A stretch of 64,000 nt of DNA from Formosa sp. (GCA_038138145.1 JAYQDD010000002.1:80681-144680); one strand, 5' to 3'. Numbered from the stretch's first letter, positions 18,420-28,510 are shown. Notes: generated by a model from the letters alone, not told the origin. Numbers and translations: made by a program.

Positions 18420-18797
18420 TTAGTTCATGTTAGATTCAATGACCTGAATTCCATTGTATTCAATTAAGTATTCTTCATTGAGGTATATTGGCAAATCTTC
18501 GCCATTAGGGTTTCCAACAGCTACTCCAGCATAAAGTACTTTTGCTTCTTTTTCAAAAGCGTGTTTCTTAAATGTTTCCATCCAAACTACATCGTAATTG
18601 TTTGGATTTTCTGGGAGTTTCACCACGCGGACAATCACAAAAAAATATTGATTGTTCTTATCAATACACACAAATTGTGGGTGTTTTTTCAATTTACTAT
18701 TGATGGCCACAAATTCGAATCCTCTAGACTCCAAATCCTTACCTACATGGTTCATCCCCAAATTGTGTAGTTCTTGTTTTGTGAGTGGTTTTGACAT
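18420..18797 (-). CDS. hypothetical soluble protein coupled to apbE
   Basis: 125 aa counted from ATG 18797 (MSKPLTKQEL...). The upstream ATG at 18821 lies inside the nqrF terminator hairpin. Only 10 nt separate its stop from the apbE start. I recognise no family. Confidence 0.6.
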   Translation of the reverse strand: MSKPLTKQELHNLGMNHVGKDLESRGFEFVAINSKLKKHPQFVCIDKNNQYFFVIVRVVKLPENPNNYDVVWMETFKKHAFEKEAKVLYAGVAVGNPNGEDLPIYLNEEYLIEYNGIQVIESNMN

Positions 18798-18805
18798 GGT
18801 GTAAA

Positions 18806-18841
18806 AATACAAAAAGCCCAACAGACATGTTGAGCTTTTTT
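18806..18841 (-). terminator. hairpin with flanking A/T runs after nqrF (bidirectional-type terminator or attenuator)
   Basis: Stem agcccaaca (18815-18823) / tgttgagct (18828-18836), 9 bp with 1 mismatch, flanked by an A5 run and a T6 run. Confidence 0.55.
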
Positions 18842-18862
18842 AGTTAATAGAACGATAAATTT

Positions 18863-20173
18863 TTATCCTCCAAAATCGTCAAATCTGATGTGTTCATCTG
18901 GAATTCCAAAATCTTCACCCATTTTTTGGACGGCTTTATTCATTAGTGGTGGCCCACAGAAATAAAGTTCAATATCCTCTGGAGATTCATGATGATTCAA
19001 ATAATTATCGATGACACAATTGTGAATAAAACCGATAAAACCATCTCCTGGTGCATCTATATTTTCTTTGACTTTCCAGTTATCTTCCTCTAATGGTTCA
19101 GAAAGTGCAAGATAAAATTTGAAATTAGGAAATTCGTTTTCTAGTTGCTTGAAGTGATCTAGATAGAATAATTCTCTCTTAGATCGACCACCATACCAAT
19201 AGGTTACTTTGCGCCCCGTTTTCAAAGTTTTAAATAAGTGATAAAGGTGCGAACGCATTGGCGCCATTCCTGCACCACCACCAACGTAAAGCATTTCTGA
19301 CTCACTTTCGTTGATAAAGAATTCGCCATAAGGACCAGAAATGGTTACTTTATCACCTGGTTTTTGTGCAAAAATATAGGATGAGGCCACTCCTGGATTT
19401 ACATCCATCCATGCGTTTTTTGAACGGTCCCATGGCGGTGTTGCTATACGTACATTTAGCATGATCTCGCGGCCCTCGGCTGGGTATGAAGCCATAGAAT
19501 AGGCACGTTCTACGGTTTCTGTATTTTTCATTGTTAGAGGCCATAGTCCAAACTTGTCCCACTCTGCTTGGAATTTTTTTGGATCGTCGTGTTCTTCAGG
19601 ATGCGCTGTGATATCGATGTCTTTGTAGTTGATTTCACATGCTGGTATTTCAATTTGAATATATCCACCTGCCTTGTAGCCCATATCCTCTGGAATTTCA
19701 ACCACAAATTCTTTAATAAACGAGGCAACATTGTAGTTTCTAACAACAGTTGCTTCCCATTTTTTTATCCCAAAAACTTCTTCTGGAATAGAAATTTCCA
19801 TGTCTTGCTTAACTTTTACTTGGCAGGACAAGCGCGCACCACTTTGTAGTTCTTTTCTAGAGAAATGAGGTGTTTCGGTAGGCAATGCTTCTCCACCACC
19901 TGATAATACGTGGCATTCACACTGAATACAGGTTCCTCCTCCTCCACATGCAGAGGGCAAAAATATTTTTTGGTTTCCTAAAGTAGATAATAAGGTTCCC
20001 CCTGAAGAAACCTCAATTTCTCGTTCACCATTAATCAAGATTTTGACTGGTCCTGAGGGTGATAGTTTTTGTTTTACAAACAACAATATACTAATAAGAA
20101 GTAAGGAAATTACTAGGAATGCTACGACGGTAGCAATGACAGTTCCAGTTGTTCCAGCAGCTAAAATAATCAT
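18863..20173 (-). CDS. nqrF: Na+-translocating NADH:quinone oxidoreductase subunit F
   Basis: N-terminal TM helix, 2Fe-2S motif CGGGGTCIQC, and FAD/NADH-binding domains (RAYSMAS, GGGAGMAPM). Confidence 0.95.
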   Translation of the reverse strand: MIILAAGTTGTVIATVVAFLVISLLLISILLFVKQKLSPSGPVKILINGEREIEVSSGGTLLSTLGNQKIFLPSACGGGGTCIQCECHVLSGGGEALPTETPHFSRKELQSGARLSCQVKVKQDMEISIPEEVFGIKKWEATVVRNYNVASFIKEFVVEIPEDMGYKAGGYIQIEIPACEINYKDIDITAHPEEHDDPKKFQAEWDKFGLWPLTMKNTETVERAYSMASYPAEGREIMLNVRIATPPWDRSKNAWMDVNPGVASSYIFAQKPGDKVTISGPYGEFFINESESEMLYVGGGAGMAPMRSHLYHLFKTLKTGRKVTYWYGGRSKRELFYLDHFKQLENEFPNFKFYLALSEPLEEDNWKVKENIDAPGDGFIGFIHNCVIDNYLNHHESPEDIELYFCGPPLMNKAVQKMGEDFGIPDEHIRFDDFGG

Positions 20174-20174
20174 G

Positions 20175-20900
20175 TTAATTTTCTGATTTAGTAATGGTTA
20201 CAATTTCTTTTTCTTGTTCTAAGACTGGCTCTACGCTTTCTATTTTGACCGTTTCTTTGGCTTCTGTGGGCGCTTCATCTCCTCCGGTAAGCATCCCTCC
20301 AAAACTTAAGAATCCTATACCCATTAGGCCAGTAACAATAAATGTAATTCCAAGGCCTCTTAATGGTCCAGGAATATTTGAGTATCTGATTTTTTCTCTA
20401 ATTGAAGCAATGGCTAATATGGCTAAAAACCAACCGATTCCAGACGAAACACCATAGTTTACAGCTAATCCAAAAGTTTCAATTTCACGAGATTGCATAA
20501 ACAAAGAGCCCCCTAAGATGGCACAGTTAACAGCGATAAGTGGTAAAAATATACCTAAAGAGTTGTACAACGATGGTGAAAATTTCTCTACAATAATTTC
20601 AACCAATTGTACCATAGTAGCAATAGTTGCAATAAACATGATAAAAGAGAGAAATCCTAAATCGTAATCTGCAAAATCCTCACCTAACCAAGACAATGCG
20701 CCTGGTTGTAATAAATATTGATCTAATAACCAGTTTAGAGGGACTGTTATGGCAAGTACAAAAATCACAGCAGCACCCAATCCTACAGCAGTTGCTACCT
20801 TTTTGGACACCGCTAAATATGAGCACATCCCCAAAAACACGGCAAACACCATATTATCAATAAAAATGGATTTAAAAAATAATTCGATGTGTTCTATCAT
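20175..20900 (-). CDS. nqrE: NQR subunit E (with acidic C-terminal tail)
   Basis: Polytopic membrane protein of the NqrE/RnfA type (GLGAAVIFVL, AVNCAILGG). Confidence 0.9.
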   Translation of the reverse strand: MIEHIELFFKSIFIDNMVFAVFLGMCSYLAVSKKVATAVGLGAAVIFVLAITVPLNWLLDQYLLQPGALSWLGEDFADYDLGFLSFIMFIATIATMVQLVEIIVEKFSPSLYNSLGIFLPLIAVNCAILGGSLFMQSREIETFGLAVNYGVSSGIGWFLAILAIASIREKIRYSNIPGPLRGLGITFIVTGLMGIGFLSFGGMLTGGDEAPTEAKETVKIESVEPVLEQEKEIVTITKSEN

Positions 20901-20932
20901 TGTTTTTTGTTTAAGTTCTTTTGTAAAATATT

Positions 20933-21577
20933 TTAATCTTCAATTAGTGCTTTATTTCTACTACGTTGTACCCAAATGATGAGCCCTACAATAATAAGCG
21001 CCATTGGAGGCATGAGCATAAATCCATTGTTTTCGTAGCCCGTAGCGTAAAGTCCTGTTTTTTCAATTGGATCTCCGAGTACAGGGATTCCAAATAAAGT
21101 TCCAGAACCCAAAAGTTCTCTAAAGAATCCGACAATTAAAAGGATAACGGCATATCCAAAAGCATTACCGATTCCGTCCAAAAATGCTTTCCATGGTCCG
21201 TTACCCAATGCAAACGCCTCGAATCGTCCCATAATGATACAGTTTGTAATAATCAAACCTACAAATACGGACAGGGTTTTGCTTAGCTCGTAGGCAAATG
21301 CTTTGAGAACTTGATCTACAATAATCACTAGTGAAGCGACTACAATAAGTTGAACAATAATTCTAATTTTAGAAGGAATAATATTTCTAATGAGTGATAT
21401 TACAACATTTCCAATACCCAAAACGAAAAGTACTGCGATTCCCATCACTAAAGATGCTTTTAGCTCTGCTGTAATTGCGAGCGCAGAACAAATTCCTAAG
21501 ACTTGTATTGTGATTGGGTTGTTATCTGCTAAGGGGTCAGTAATTAACTTAGCATCTTTTTTTGAAAGTAGTCCCAT
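20933..21577 (-). CDS. nqrD: NQR subunit D
   Basis: NqrD/RnfE-type membrane protein (NPITIQVLGICSALA, ITNCIIMGR). Confidence 0.9.
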   Translation of the reverse strand: MGLLSKKDAKLITDPLADNNPITIQVLGICSALAITAELKASLVMGIAVLFVLGIGNVVISLIRNIIPSKIRIIVQLIVVASLVIIVDQVLKAFAYELSKTLSVFVGLIITNCIIMGRFEAFALGNGPWKAFLDGIGNAFGYAVILLIVGFFRELLGSGTLFGIPVLGDPIEKTGLYATGYENNGFMLMPPMALIIVGLIIWVQRSRNKALIED

Positions 21578-21578
21578 A

Positions 21579-22337
21579 TTAATTCAATTGATTTTTTAGG
21601 TTTTTAAAATAGGGCAAGTACAATTTTAAATCCGACTTGATCATTGCTGAAACACCGTCACCAGTAATTGTGGCTCCAGCGAGTGCATCAACTTCATAAT
21701 CGTCTTTAATTAGATTTTTAGGATCATTATTCCCTTTTGCTACTGTGATTCCTTTGAATTCTCCAGATTCAGTGAGCAGTTTTTCACCATAAAAATCGTC
21801 CATAAAATAACGTTGCTTGATATTGGCACCGAGGCCTGGAGTTTCTCCTTTGTGGTCAAAATATGCACCTTGAATCACCATATTTTCGTCCATTGCTATA
21901 TATCCCCAAATCGCATCCCAAAGTCCTTTCCCACGAATGGGTGCAATGTAAAACGTTTGTCCTTCTTTTTCTCCCACAAAAAGTGGCAACGCTCTCGTCT
22001 GACCATTCTTTGCTTTGGCTTGCTCTTTTTTGACATCAATGAGGTATGCTTCGTTGTTTTCTACAGCATTACCGCTAGCGTCTACAACCAGTTGTTTCGA
22101 AATGTATTTCGAGAATTCTTCGGCTACTTTATCTGTACTTACAAATACTATATCACTGGCACCGTTTTCATTGACCCCCATGGCATACAGTATGTTTTGT
22201 TGCTTTTCCATGCGCTCATTTTCTTTGATATTAGGCTTCAAAGAAGATGCAGTAAAAGCCAAAAGCGATCCTACAATAACGACCATGCCTATGGCGAATA
22301 GTATGGTATATTTATTTGATTCTGTGTTGGTGCTCAT
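21579..22337 (-). CDS. nqrC: NQR subunit C (FMN-binding)
   Basis: 252 aa with the flavinylation-site context DALAGATITGDG (SGAT-like motif). Confidence 0.9.
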   Translation of the reverse strand: MSTNTESNKYTILFAIGMVVIVGSLLAFTASSLKPNIKENERMEKQQNILYAMGVNENGASDIVFVSTDKVAEEFSKYISKQLVVDASGNAVENNEAYLIDVKKEQAKAKNGQTRALPLFVGEKEGQTFYIAPIRGKGLWDAIWGYIAMDENMVIQGAYFDHKGETPGLGANIKQRYFMDDFYGEKLLTESGEFKGITVAKGNNDPKNLIKDDYEVDALAGATITGDGVSAMIKSDLKLYLPYFKNLKNQLN

Positions 22338-22341
22338 AATA

Positions 22342-23547
22342 TTATGCCGTTTTAACTTTTAGACGTTTCATTCTTTTCTTTACATTTCCTTGAACCACGT
22401 AGTGATCAATTGTTGGTGCAAAAACATTCATCAACAATATAGCTAAGAAAACACCCTCTGGGTATGCTGGATTGAATACGCGAATCATAATCGAAATAAA
22501 CCCAATCAAGAATCCATAAATCCATTTACCCTTGTTGGTTTGTGCAGCAGTTACAGGATCTGTGGCCATATACACCGCGCCAAAAAGGATACTTCCTATG
22601 ATAAGGTGTTGCCAAAATGGAACACTCATCAATCCGTAAAATTTACTTGAAGTTGTTATGATACCTGCATCGACTACACCATTAAAAATAAGTCCCATGG
22701 CAAGAGCACCTATAATGGTACTCAATATAATACGCCAACTACCTACTTTTGTGAAAATGAGGAAAAGGGCACCAAGAATGATTAATAATTTTGAAGTCTC
22801 TCCAATTGAACCAGGAATTAATCCATAAAACATATCTGCAAAATTGTAGATCACTTCTTGACTTTGGGCATAACTTCCCAAAATGGTCTCACCTGAAATG
22901 GCATCGGCAGTTCCTGCACGTTCTACGGCACCATGTACCCAAACTTTATCGCCACTCATCCATGTAGGATAGGCAAAAAATAAGAACGCACGAATGGTAA
23001 GTGCTGGATTCAAAATATTCATTCCGGTTCCGCCAAAAACCTCTTTACCAATGATTACACCAAAAGCAACCGCAACTGCCAACATCCACAGAGGAAGGTC
23101 TACTGGTACGATAAGGGGTACAAGCATCCCTGTTACCAAATAGCCCTCTTCAACTTCGTGGCCTTTGATGACCGCAAAAATAAATTCGATGAGCAAGCCC
23201 ACACCATAAGACACAACAACGAGTGGCAAAACTTTTATGATACCAACCAGCAAATTGTCCCATGTCCAAAATGTTGACCCTAAAAATCCTTCGGCAGCTT
23301 CAATAGTTCCAAGGGCAAGGTAGTGTTGATACCCTGCATTGAACATACCAAAAATAAGGCAAGGCACCATAGCTATGATGACTGTATTCATGGTACGCTT
23401 CAAATCATCGGCTGCTTTAATGTGTGTACCGCCATGAGTGGTTTCATTTGGTAAATACAAAAAAGTATGAATGGCATTAAAAGCAGGTGCCATTTTGGTT
23501 CCTTTATATTTTTCTTTAAGATTGTGTAAGTTTGATTTTAAACCCAT
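22342..23547 (-). CDS. nqrB: NQR subunit B
   Basis: 401 aa, polytopic, with the ISGETILG flavinylation-site region. Operon position supports the call. Confidence 0.9.
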   Translation of the reverse strand: MGLKSNLHNLKEKYKGTKMAPAFNAIHTFLYLPNETTHGGTHIKAADDLKRTMNTVIIAMVPCLIFGMFNAGYQHYLALGTIEAAEGFLGSTFWTWDNLLVGIIKVLPLVVVSYGVGLLIEFIFAVIKGHEVEEGYLVTGMLVPLIVPVDLPLWMLAVAVAFGVIIGKEVFGGTGMNILNPALTIRAFLFFAYPTWMSGDKVWVHGAVERAGTADAISGETILGSYAQSQEVIYNFADMFYGLIPGSIGETSKLLIILGALFLIFTKVGSWRIILSTIIGALAMGLIFNGVVDAGIITTSSKFYGLMSVPFWQHLIIGSILFGAVYMATDPVTAAQTNKGKWIYGFLIGFISIMIRVFNPAYPEGVFLAILLMNVFAPTIDHYVVQGNVKKRMKRLKVKTA

Positions 23548-23585
23548 TTAATTAGTGTTATTCATTTTACTTTGAAAGTGGATTG

Positions 23586-24941
23586 CTATCCAATTTCTTT
23601 AATCATTAAATCTAATCCTTCTCTTATTATTTTCTGATGTGGTTGCTTGGAAACACAAACAAACTCGGTAAGCGCAAAATCTTCTGGCGCTACTTCGTAC
23701 ATTCCTAAAGCCTCCATTTCATCAAGATCTTTATACATACACGCTTTTAGGATTTGCATTGGATAAATATCCAAAGGAAAAACTTCTTCATAAGATCCTG
23801 TTATTACAAAAGCCCTGTGTTCTCCGTTTGTATTTGTATTCAAATCAAATTTTTTGTTTGGTGTTAACCAAGAAAATGTCAATGCTCGTGAGGTAGATAC
23901 CTTATTGAATACTGGTTTGTTCCACCCAAAAAATTCGTAATCATCGCCCTCAGGAATAACCGAAATAATATCGCTGTAGTAATCCAAATATCCATCAGGT
24001 TTTATTTCTTTTCCAGTAAGTACGTTCCCGGAAATGATTCGTGCATGTGCATCTTTTTGTATGCCTCTATCGTAAATCATTGTCGCAACTTCACTTCCTA
24101 TACGCGTAACCAAATAGCGAGGTTGCTCTATTTGAGAACCTACCATAGCCACAACTCGCTCGGCATTGAATTTACCCGTTAGCAACAATTCTCCAATAAT
24201 CACCAAGTCTTGTGGGGTAACGGTCCACACTATTTCACCTTTGTTGATGGGGTCAATTTTATTGATCAAAGTGCCCACATTTCCAGAAGGGTGTGGTCCA
24301 GAAACTCTATGTGTTTTGATATCTTCTAAATTGGTGAAAGGAGAGTGTACGTCTTTTGAAACGCCAACATGTACCTTACCCTCTGTAAGTTTCGATAAAG
24401 CAGTAACTGCTGCTTGTAATTCTGCTTCCTTTCCTTTAAGTGTATAATTGTAATCCGCTGCAAGTGGCGCTGTCGCGTGTGCCGAAACAAAAATAGATTT
24501 TGGTGAACGGTTGGGATCTGCAATTATAGCGTAAGGGCGTTGCTTGATAAACGGCCAACACCCCGAGGCAAGTAATAGCGATTTAATTTCTTCTGCTTTT
24601 GCGCTTCTGAGCTCTAATTTTTTGTGCTCAACAAAACTTAATTCTTTTTCCGCTTTAATTTTGATTTCCAAAATACGACGTTTTTCGCCGCGAGAGATCT
24701 CAATTATTTCTCCAGAGACAGGTGAAACAAACTTGATGTCCTCATAAGATTTATCAAAAAATACAGCCTCTCCAGCTTTTATTTTTTGCCCTACTTTAAC
24801 TAATAATTTTGGTGTTACACCGTGGAAGTCTTCAGGTCGAATCGTGTAAAAATTGCTTTTAATGGCGGTGGTTTTATTCAGCGCAGCTCCTCCTACTAAT
24901 TTGATATCCAGACCTTTTTTTATTCGAATGTCGTTTGACAT
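23586..24941 (-). CDS. nqrA: NQR subunit A
   Basis: 451 aa, soluble, first gene of the operon, with the N-terminal IKKGLDIKLVG pattern. Confidence 0.9.
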   Translation of the reverse strand: MSNDIRIKKGLDIKLVGGAALNKTTAIKSNFYTIRPEDFHGVTPKLLVKVGQKIKAGEAVFFDKSYEDIKFVSPVSGEIIEISRGEKRRILEIKIKAEKELSFVEHKKLELRSAKAEEIKSLLLASGCWPFIKQRPYAIIADPNRSPKSIFVSAHATAPLAADYNYTLKGKEAELQAAVTALSKLTEGKVHVGVSKDVHSPFTNLEDIKTHRVSGPHPSGNVGTLINKIDPINKGEIVWTVTPQDLVIIGELLLTGKFNAERVVAMVGSQIEQPRYLVTRIGSEVATMIYDRGIQKDAHARIISGNVLTGKEIKPDGYLDYYSDIISVIPEGDDYEFFGWNKPVFNKVSTSRALTFSWLTPNKKFDLNTNTNGEHRAFVITGSYEEVFPLDIYPMQILKACMYKDLDEMEALGMYEVAPEDFALTEFVCVSKQPHQKIIREGLDLMIKEIG

Positions 24942-24977
24942 ATGTTTTTGTATTGAAATTTGTATCTAAAAATCGAG

Positions 24978-24985
24978 CAAATTTA
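24978..24985 (-). promoter_or_regulatory. candidate -7 box (TAAATTTG on the minus strand) for the nqr operon
   Basis: The revcomp of caaattta matches TAnnTTTG, 36 nt upstream of the nqrA ATG. A TTG lies about 22 nt further upstream. Confidence 0.4.
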
Positions 24986-25093
24986 CAAATTAAAAGTGCA
25001 TTTGTCACAACATTTAAATGGATTTTTTTTGTTAAAATTGGTATTTTAAAAAAACGCTGATTTTTACTTATATTTACCTTTTAAATTTTGTGT

Positions 25094-26347
25094 ATGCTCA
25101 AATCATATTGTTCCATTTTTCTTAATGTTATTTTTATCTTTTTGACGGGTGTTTCATTTGGACAAGTAGAAGAAGTTGATCCACCAAATGACATAAAAAC
25201 CATCACGTTTGGAAGTCAAAAAGAAAGTAGTATGTTGCCTATCATTAATTTGAACGAACGCATCTATTTAGAATTTGATGTTCTAAATAATTTAGAAGAA
25301 GACTTTTACTATGTAATCGAACATTTCGATTATGACTGGACCCCCTCGCGTTTGATGAAATCTGAGTATCTCGATGGCATGGACAACCTTAGAATATTCA
25401 ATTACGAAAATTCGTTCAATACATATCAAATTTATTCGCATTACAGACTGCAAATCCCCAATCCGCAAACACGACTAAAAGTTTCTGGGAACTACCTCAT
25501 CAAGATTTTTGATGAAAATGATGATTTGGTTTTTAGTAGAAAATTTATGCTCATGGAACAACAAGTGGGTGTTGGTGTTCAAATCAAAAGGTCGAGAAAT
25601 GTTGCATTGATAAACGAAACTCAATCTGTTGATTTTAGTATAAAATCCAATACGCTCAACTTAAATAATCCTGCACAAACTGTAAAAACGGTGGTGGTGC
25701 AAAATAACAACCTAAAAACTGCTATTTTCGATTTAAAACCTCAATATATTTTGGGCAACGAATTGGTGTACAGATACAACGAGGCGTCTTTATTTTGGGG
25801 TGGTAATGAATATCTTTTTTTTGAAAATAAAGACGTAAGAAGTGCAAACTTAGGGGTGCAATTCATTGATTTACAAGACCTTTACCATAGTTATCTATAC
25901 ACAGACATAGACAGAAGTACAAGAAAATACACTTTTAATCCAGACATCAATGGAGGTTTTAAAATTACCGTTTTGGACCGTGATGATCCAAGTATTGAAG
26001 CCGATTATACATATGTGCATTTTTCACTTATTACAAACGAGTTTTTGGACGCAGCTGTTCATGTCTACGGAGGTTTCAATAACTTTAGTATAAATGACGA
26101 AAACAAAATGACCTTTAATCCTCAAAAAGGTATTTATGAACTTCAAATGCTTATGAAACAAGGATTTTATAATTACAAATATGTAGTTGTAGACCAAAAC
26201 AACACCCTTAGCGAAGGCAGTATTAGTGGAGATTTTGATGAAACAGAAAACAATTATAAAGTGCTTGTTTATTACAGAGATTTGGGCGCACGCTACGATA
26301 AAATTATAGGTCTAGGCGAGGCCAATTCTGTGCAAATCACAAATTAA
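25094..26347 (+). CDS. DUF5103-like exported protein (possibly the T9SS 'plug' family)
   Basis: About 417 aa from ATG 25094, with signal peptide MLKSYCSIFLNVIFIFLTGVSFGQ. The family assignment is from memory of Flavobacteriia synteny (upstream of apaG) and is not verified. Confidence 0.5.
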   Translation: MLKSYCSIFLNVIFIFLTGVSFGQVEEVDPPNDIKTITFGSQKESSMLPIINLNERIYLEFDVLNNLEEDFYYVIEHFDYDWTPSRLMKSEYLDGMDNLRIFNYENSFNTYQIYSHYRLQIPNPQTRLKVSGNYLIKIFDENDDLVFSRKFMLMEQQVGVGVQIKRSRNVALINETQSVDFSIKSNTLNLNNPAQTVKTVVVQNNNLKTAIFDLKPQYILGNELVYRYNEASLFWGGNEYLFFENKDVRSANLGVQFIDLQDLYHSYLYTDIDRSTRKYTFNPDINGGFKITVLDRDDPSIEADYTYVHFSLITNEFLDAAVHVYGGFNNFSINDENKMTFNPQKGIYELQMLMKQGFYNYKYVVVDQNNTLSEGSISGDFDETENNYKVLVYYRDLGARYDKIIGLGEANSVQITN

Positions 26348-26361
26348 AACAACCCCAAAAT

Positions 26362-26748
26362 ATGGTACAACAAATAACCAATGGCATAAAAATTTCGGTT
26401 CAAACACACTTTGAAGGCACCTTCTACAAAAAAGAGGTTATTCATTTTGCTTTTAGCTACGAGGTAGCGATAACAAACGAACGTCAAAACGCAGTACAAT
26501 TGCTTTCGCGTGTGTGGAACATCAGCGATGCGCTCAATTCTAAAGAACGCGTGGAAGGTAAGGGCGTGATTGGAGAACAACCCATTATTCATCCAAATGA
26601 AACCTACAAATACAGTTCGGGCTGTACGCTTAAATCACCTTTTGGATCAATGAAAGGGTTGTATACAATGGTGGACCTTTTGGACGATACTGTATTCAAA
26701 GCAAAAATACCAACCTTCAAACTCAGCACTGAATTTGCGCAAAATTAA
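26362..26748 (+). CDS. apaG: ApaG (DUF525) protein
   Basis: 128 aa matching the ApaG pattern: ITNGIKISVQT...YEVAITNE...VQLLSRVWNISD...GVIGEQPIIHPNETYKYSSG. Confidence 0.85.
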   Translation: MVQQITNGIKISVQTHFEGTFYKKEVIHFAFSYEVAITNERQNAVQLLSRVWNISDALNSKERVEGKGVIGEQPIIHPNETYKYSSGCTLKSPFGSMKGLYTMVDLLDDTVFKAKIPTFKLSTEFAQN

Positions 26749-26819
26749 TCTGAAATAATACACAAAATTCAGTCATAAATTGTAATTTTACTATATAAAT
26801 TCATCACAAAACTATACTT

Positions 26820-28445
26820 ATGGGAAAAGGATTTTTTAAGGTTCCCGTTGCCAAAAACGAACCTGTTTTGTCATACGCACCTGGCACTAAAGAACGCGAA
26901 AATGTTTTAAGTGCTTACAAATATATGTATGATTCAAAAGTTGAAGTGCCTCTTTATATTAATGGAGAATACATCAAGTCTGGAGTGACGCAAACCATGA
27001 GTCCTCCACACGACCATCAACATATCGTAGGTACTTATCATACCGCAAATCAAAGCCATGTAGAACAAGCGATTTCTACAGCGCTAGAAGCTCGAAAAAC
27101 TTGGGCCGAACTTCCATGGGAACAACGTGCTGGGATTTTTCTTCGAGCTGCTGAACTCATTGCTGGACCATACAGAGCAAAAATCAATGCCGCTACAATG
27201 ATGGCACAGTCCAAAACAGTACATCAGGCCGAAATTGATGCCGCCTGTGAGTTTATCGATTTTTTAAGGTTTAATGTGCAATTTATGACGGAAATTTATG
27301 CTGATCAACCGCAAAGCACAAGTGATGCGTGGAACCGCATAGAGTATCGTCCTTTAGAAGGATTTACGTATGCTGTGACTCCCTTCAATTTTACGGCCAT
27401 CGCTGGAAATCTTCCAGCGTGTATGGCGCTGATGGGCAATGTAGTTGTTTGGAAACCAAGTGATAGTCAAGTCTATTCTGCAAAAGTAATCATGGATGTT
27501 TTTAATGAAGCAGGAGTACCTCCAGGGGTCATTAATGTAGTTTTTGGTGATCCTGTAATGATTACAAATACTGTATTGTCTAGTCCCGATTTTTCGGCTT
27601 TACACTTTACGGGATCTACCTTTGTGTTTAAAGAATTATGGAAACAAATTGGAAACAATATCTACAAGTACAAAACCTATCCTAAAATTGTTGGTGAAAC
27701 AGGAGGGAAAGATTTTATTGTAGCACACAAATCGGCCAATCCGAAACAAGTGGCTACAGGTATTGTTCGAGGAGCTTTTGAGTTTCAAGGACAAAAATGT
27801 AGTGCCGCCTCACGTGCCTATATACCAGAAAGTCTTTGGGTGGATGTAAAATCGTTTCTATTAGAAGATATTGATTCCATCAAAATGGGCTCACCAGAAG
27901 ATTTATCAAATTTTATGACTGCTGTCATTCATGAAGGGTCTTTTAATAAAATTGCAAAGTATATTGATGCCGCAAAAAACAACCCTGATGCGGAAATTAT
28001 TGCAGGTGGTGGTTACGACAAAAGCAAAGGTTATTTTATAGAACCCACCGTTATTTTGACGACCAATCCACAGTATGAAACCATGTGTACAGAACTCTTT
28101 GGCCCTGTCATTACTATTTATGTTTACAAAGACGAAGATTACGTCAAAACGTTAAAATTGGTAGATGAAACTAGCGCATATGCCCTTACTGGTGCTATTT
28201 TTTCAACAGATCGCTATGCTGCTGATCAAGCCACCAAAGCATTGGTCAATGCCGCAGGTAATTTTTATATTAATGATAAGCCCACCGGTGCAGTAGTAGG
28301 CCAACAACCTTTTGGTGGTGCCAGAGCGTCGGGAACCAATGACAAAGCAGGTTCTGCTCAAAATCTACTTCGCTGGGTATCTCCACGGATGATAAAAGAA
28401 ACTTTTGTCTCTCCTAAAGATTACAGATATCCTTTTTTGGATTAA
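26820..28445 (+). CDS. pruA: L-glutamate gamma-semialdehyde (1-pyrroline-5-carboxylate) dehydrogenase
   Basis: 541 aa ALDH with ETGGKDF and FEFQGQKCSAASR motifs. Length is typical of PruA. Confidence 0.9.
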   Translation: MGKGFFKVPVAKNEPVLSYAPGTKERENVLSAYKYMYDSKVEVPLYINGEYIKSGVTQTMSPPHDHQHIVGTYHTANQSHVEQAISTALEARKTWAELPWEQRAGIFLRAAELIAGPYRAKINAATMMAQSKTVHQAEIDAACEFIDFLRFNVQFMTEIYADQPQSTSDAWNRIEYRPLEGFTYAVTPFNFTAIAGNLPACMALMGNVVVWKPSDSQVYSAKVIMDVFNEAGVPPGVINVVFGDPVMITNTVLSSPDFSALHFTGSTFVFKELWKQIGNNIYKYKTYPKIVGETGGKDFIVAHKSANPKQVATGIVRGAFEFQGQKCSAASRAYIPESLWVDVKSFLLEDIDSIKMGSPEDLSNFMTAVIHEGSFNKIAKYIDAAKNNPDAEIIAGGGYDKSKGYFIEPTVILTTNPQYETMCTELFGPVITIYVYKDEDYVKTLKLVDETSAYALTGAIFSTDRYAADQATKALVNAAGNFYINDKPTGAVVGQQPFGGARASGTNDKAGSAQNLLRWVSPRMIKETFVSPKDYRYPFLD

Positions 28446-28460
28446 AAAACTTTACTACAA

Positions 28461-28493
28461 AAAAAACCACTCCAAAAAGAGTGGTTTTTTTTT
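28461..28493. terminator. bidirectional rho-independent terminator between the convergent pruA and Omp28-like genes
   Basis: Stem ccactc (28467-28472) / gagtgg (28479-28484), flanked by an A8 run and a T9 run. Confidence 0.8.
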
Positions 28494-28510
28494 GATAATA
28501 ATAAACATTT

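Noticed and set aside
21813-22362. Long antisense ORFs (162 aa and 115 aa) inside nqrC. Similar antisense or alternate-frame ORFs occur in the COG1579 gene (1577-1933), kmo (5551-6062), map (16370-16768), trkA (37190-37513), ugd (52720-53055) and murD (62383-62763).
   Set aside because: Each is fully embedded in a confidently identified gene. Their composition is junk-like (rich in F, I, L, C and S) with no recognisable motifs. This is typical of shadow ORFs in AT-rich genomes.
25078-25090. The sequence TTAAATTTTG just upstream of the DUF5103-like gene, considered as a promoter -7 box.
   Set aside because: It does not fit TAnnTTTG in any register and overlaps the putative TTG/ATG start region, so I did not call it.
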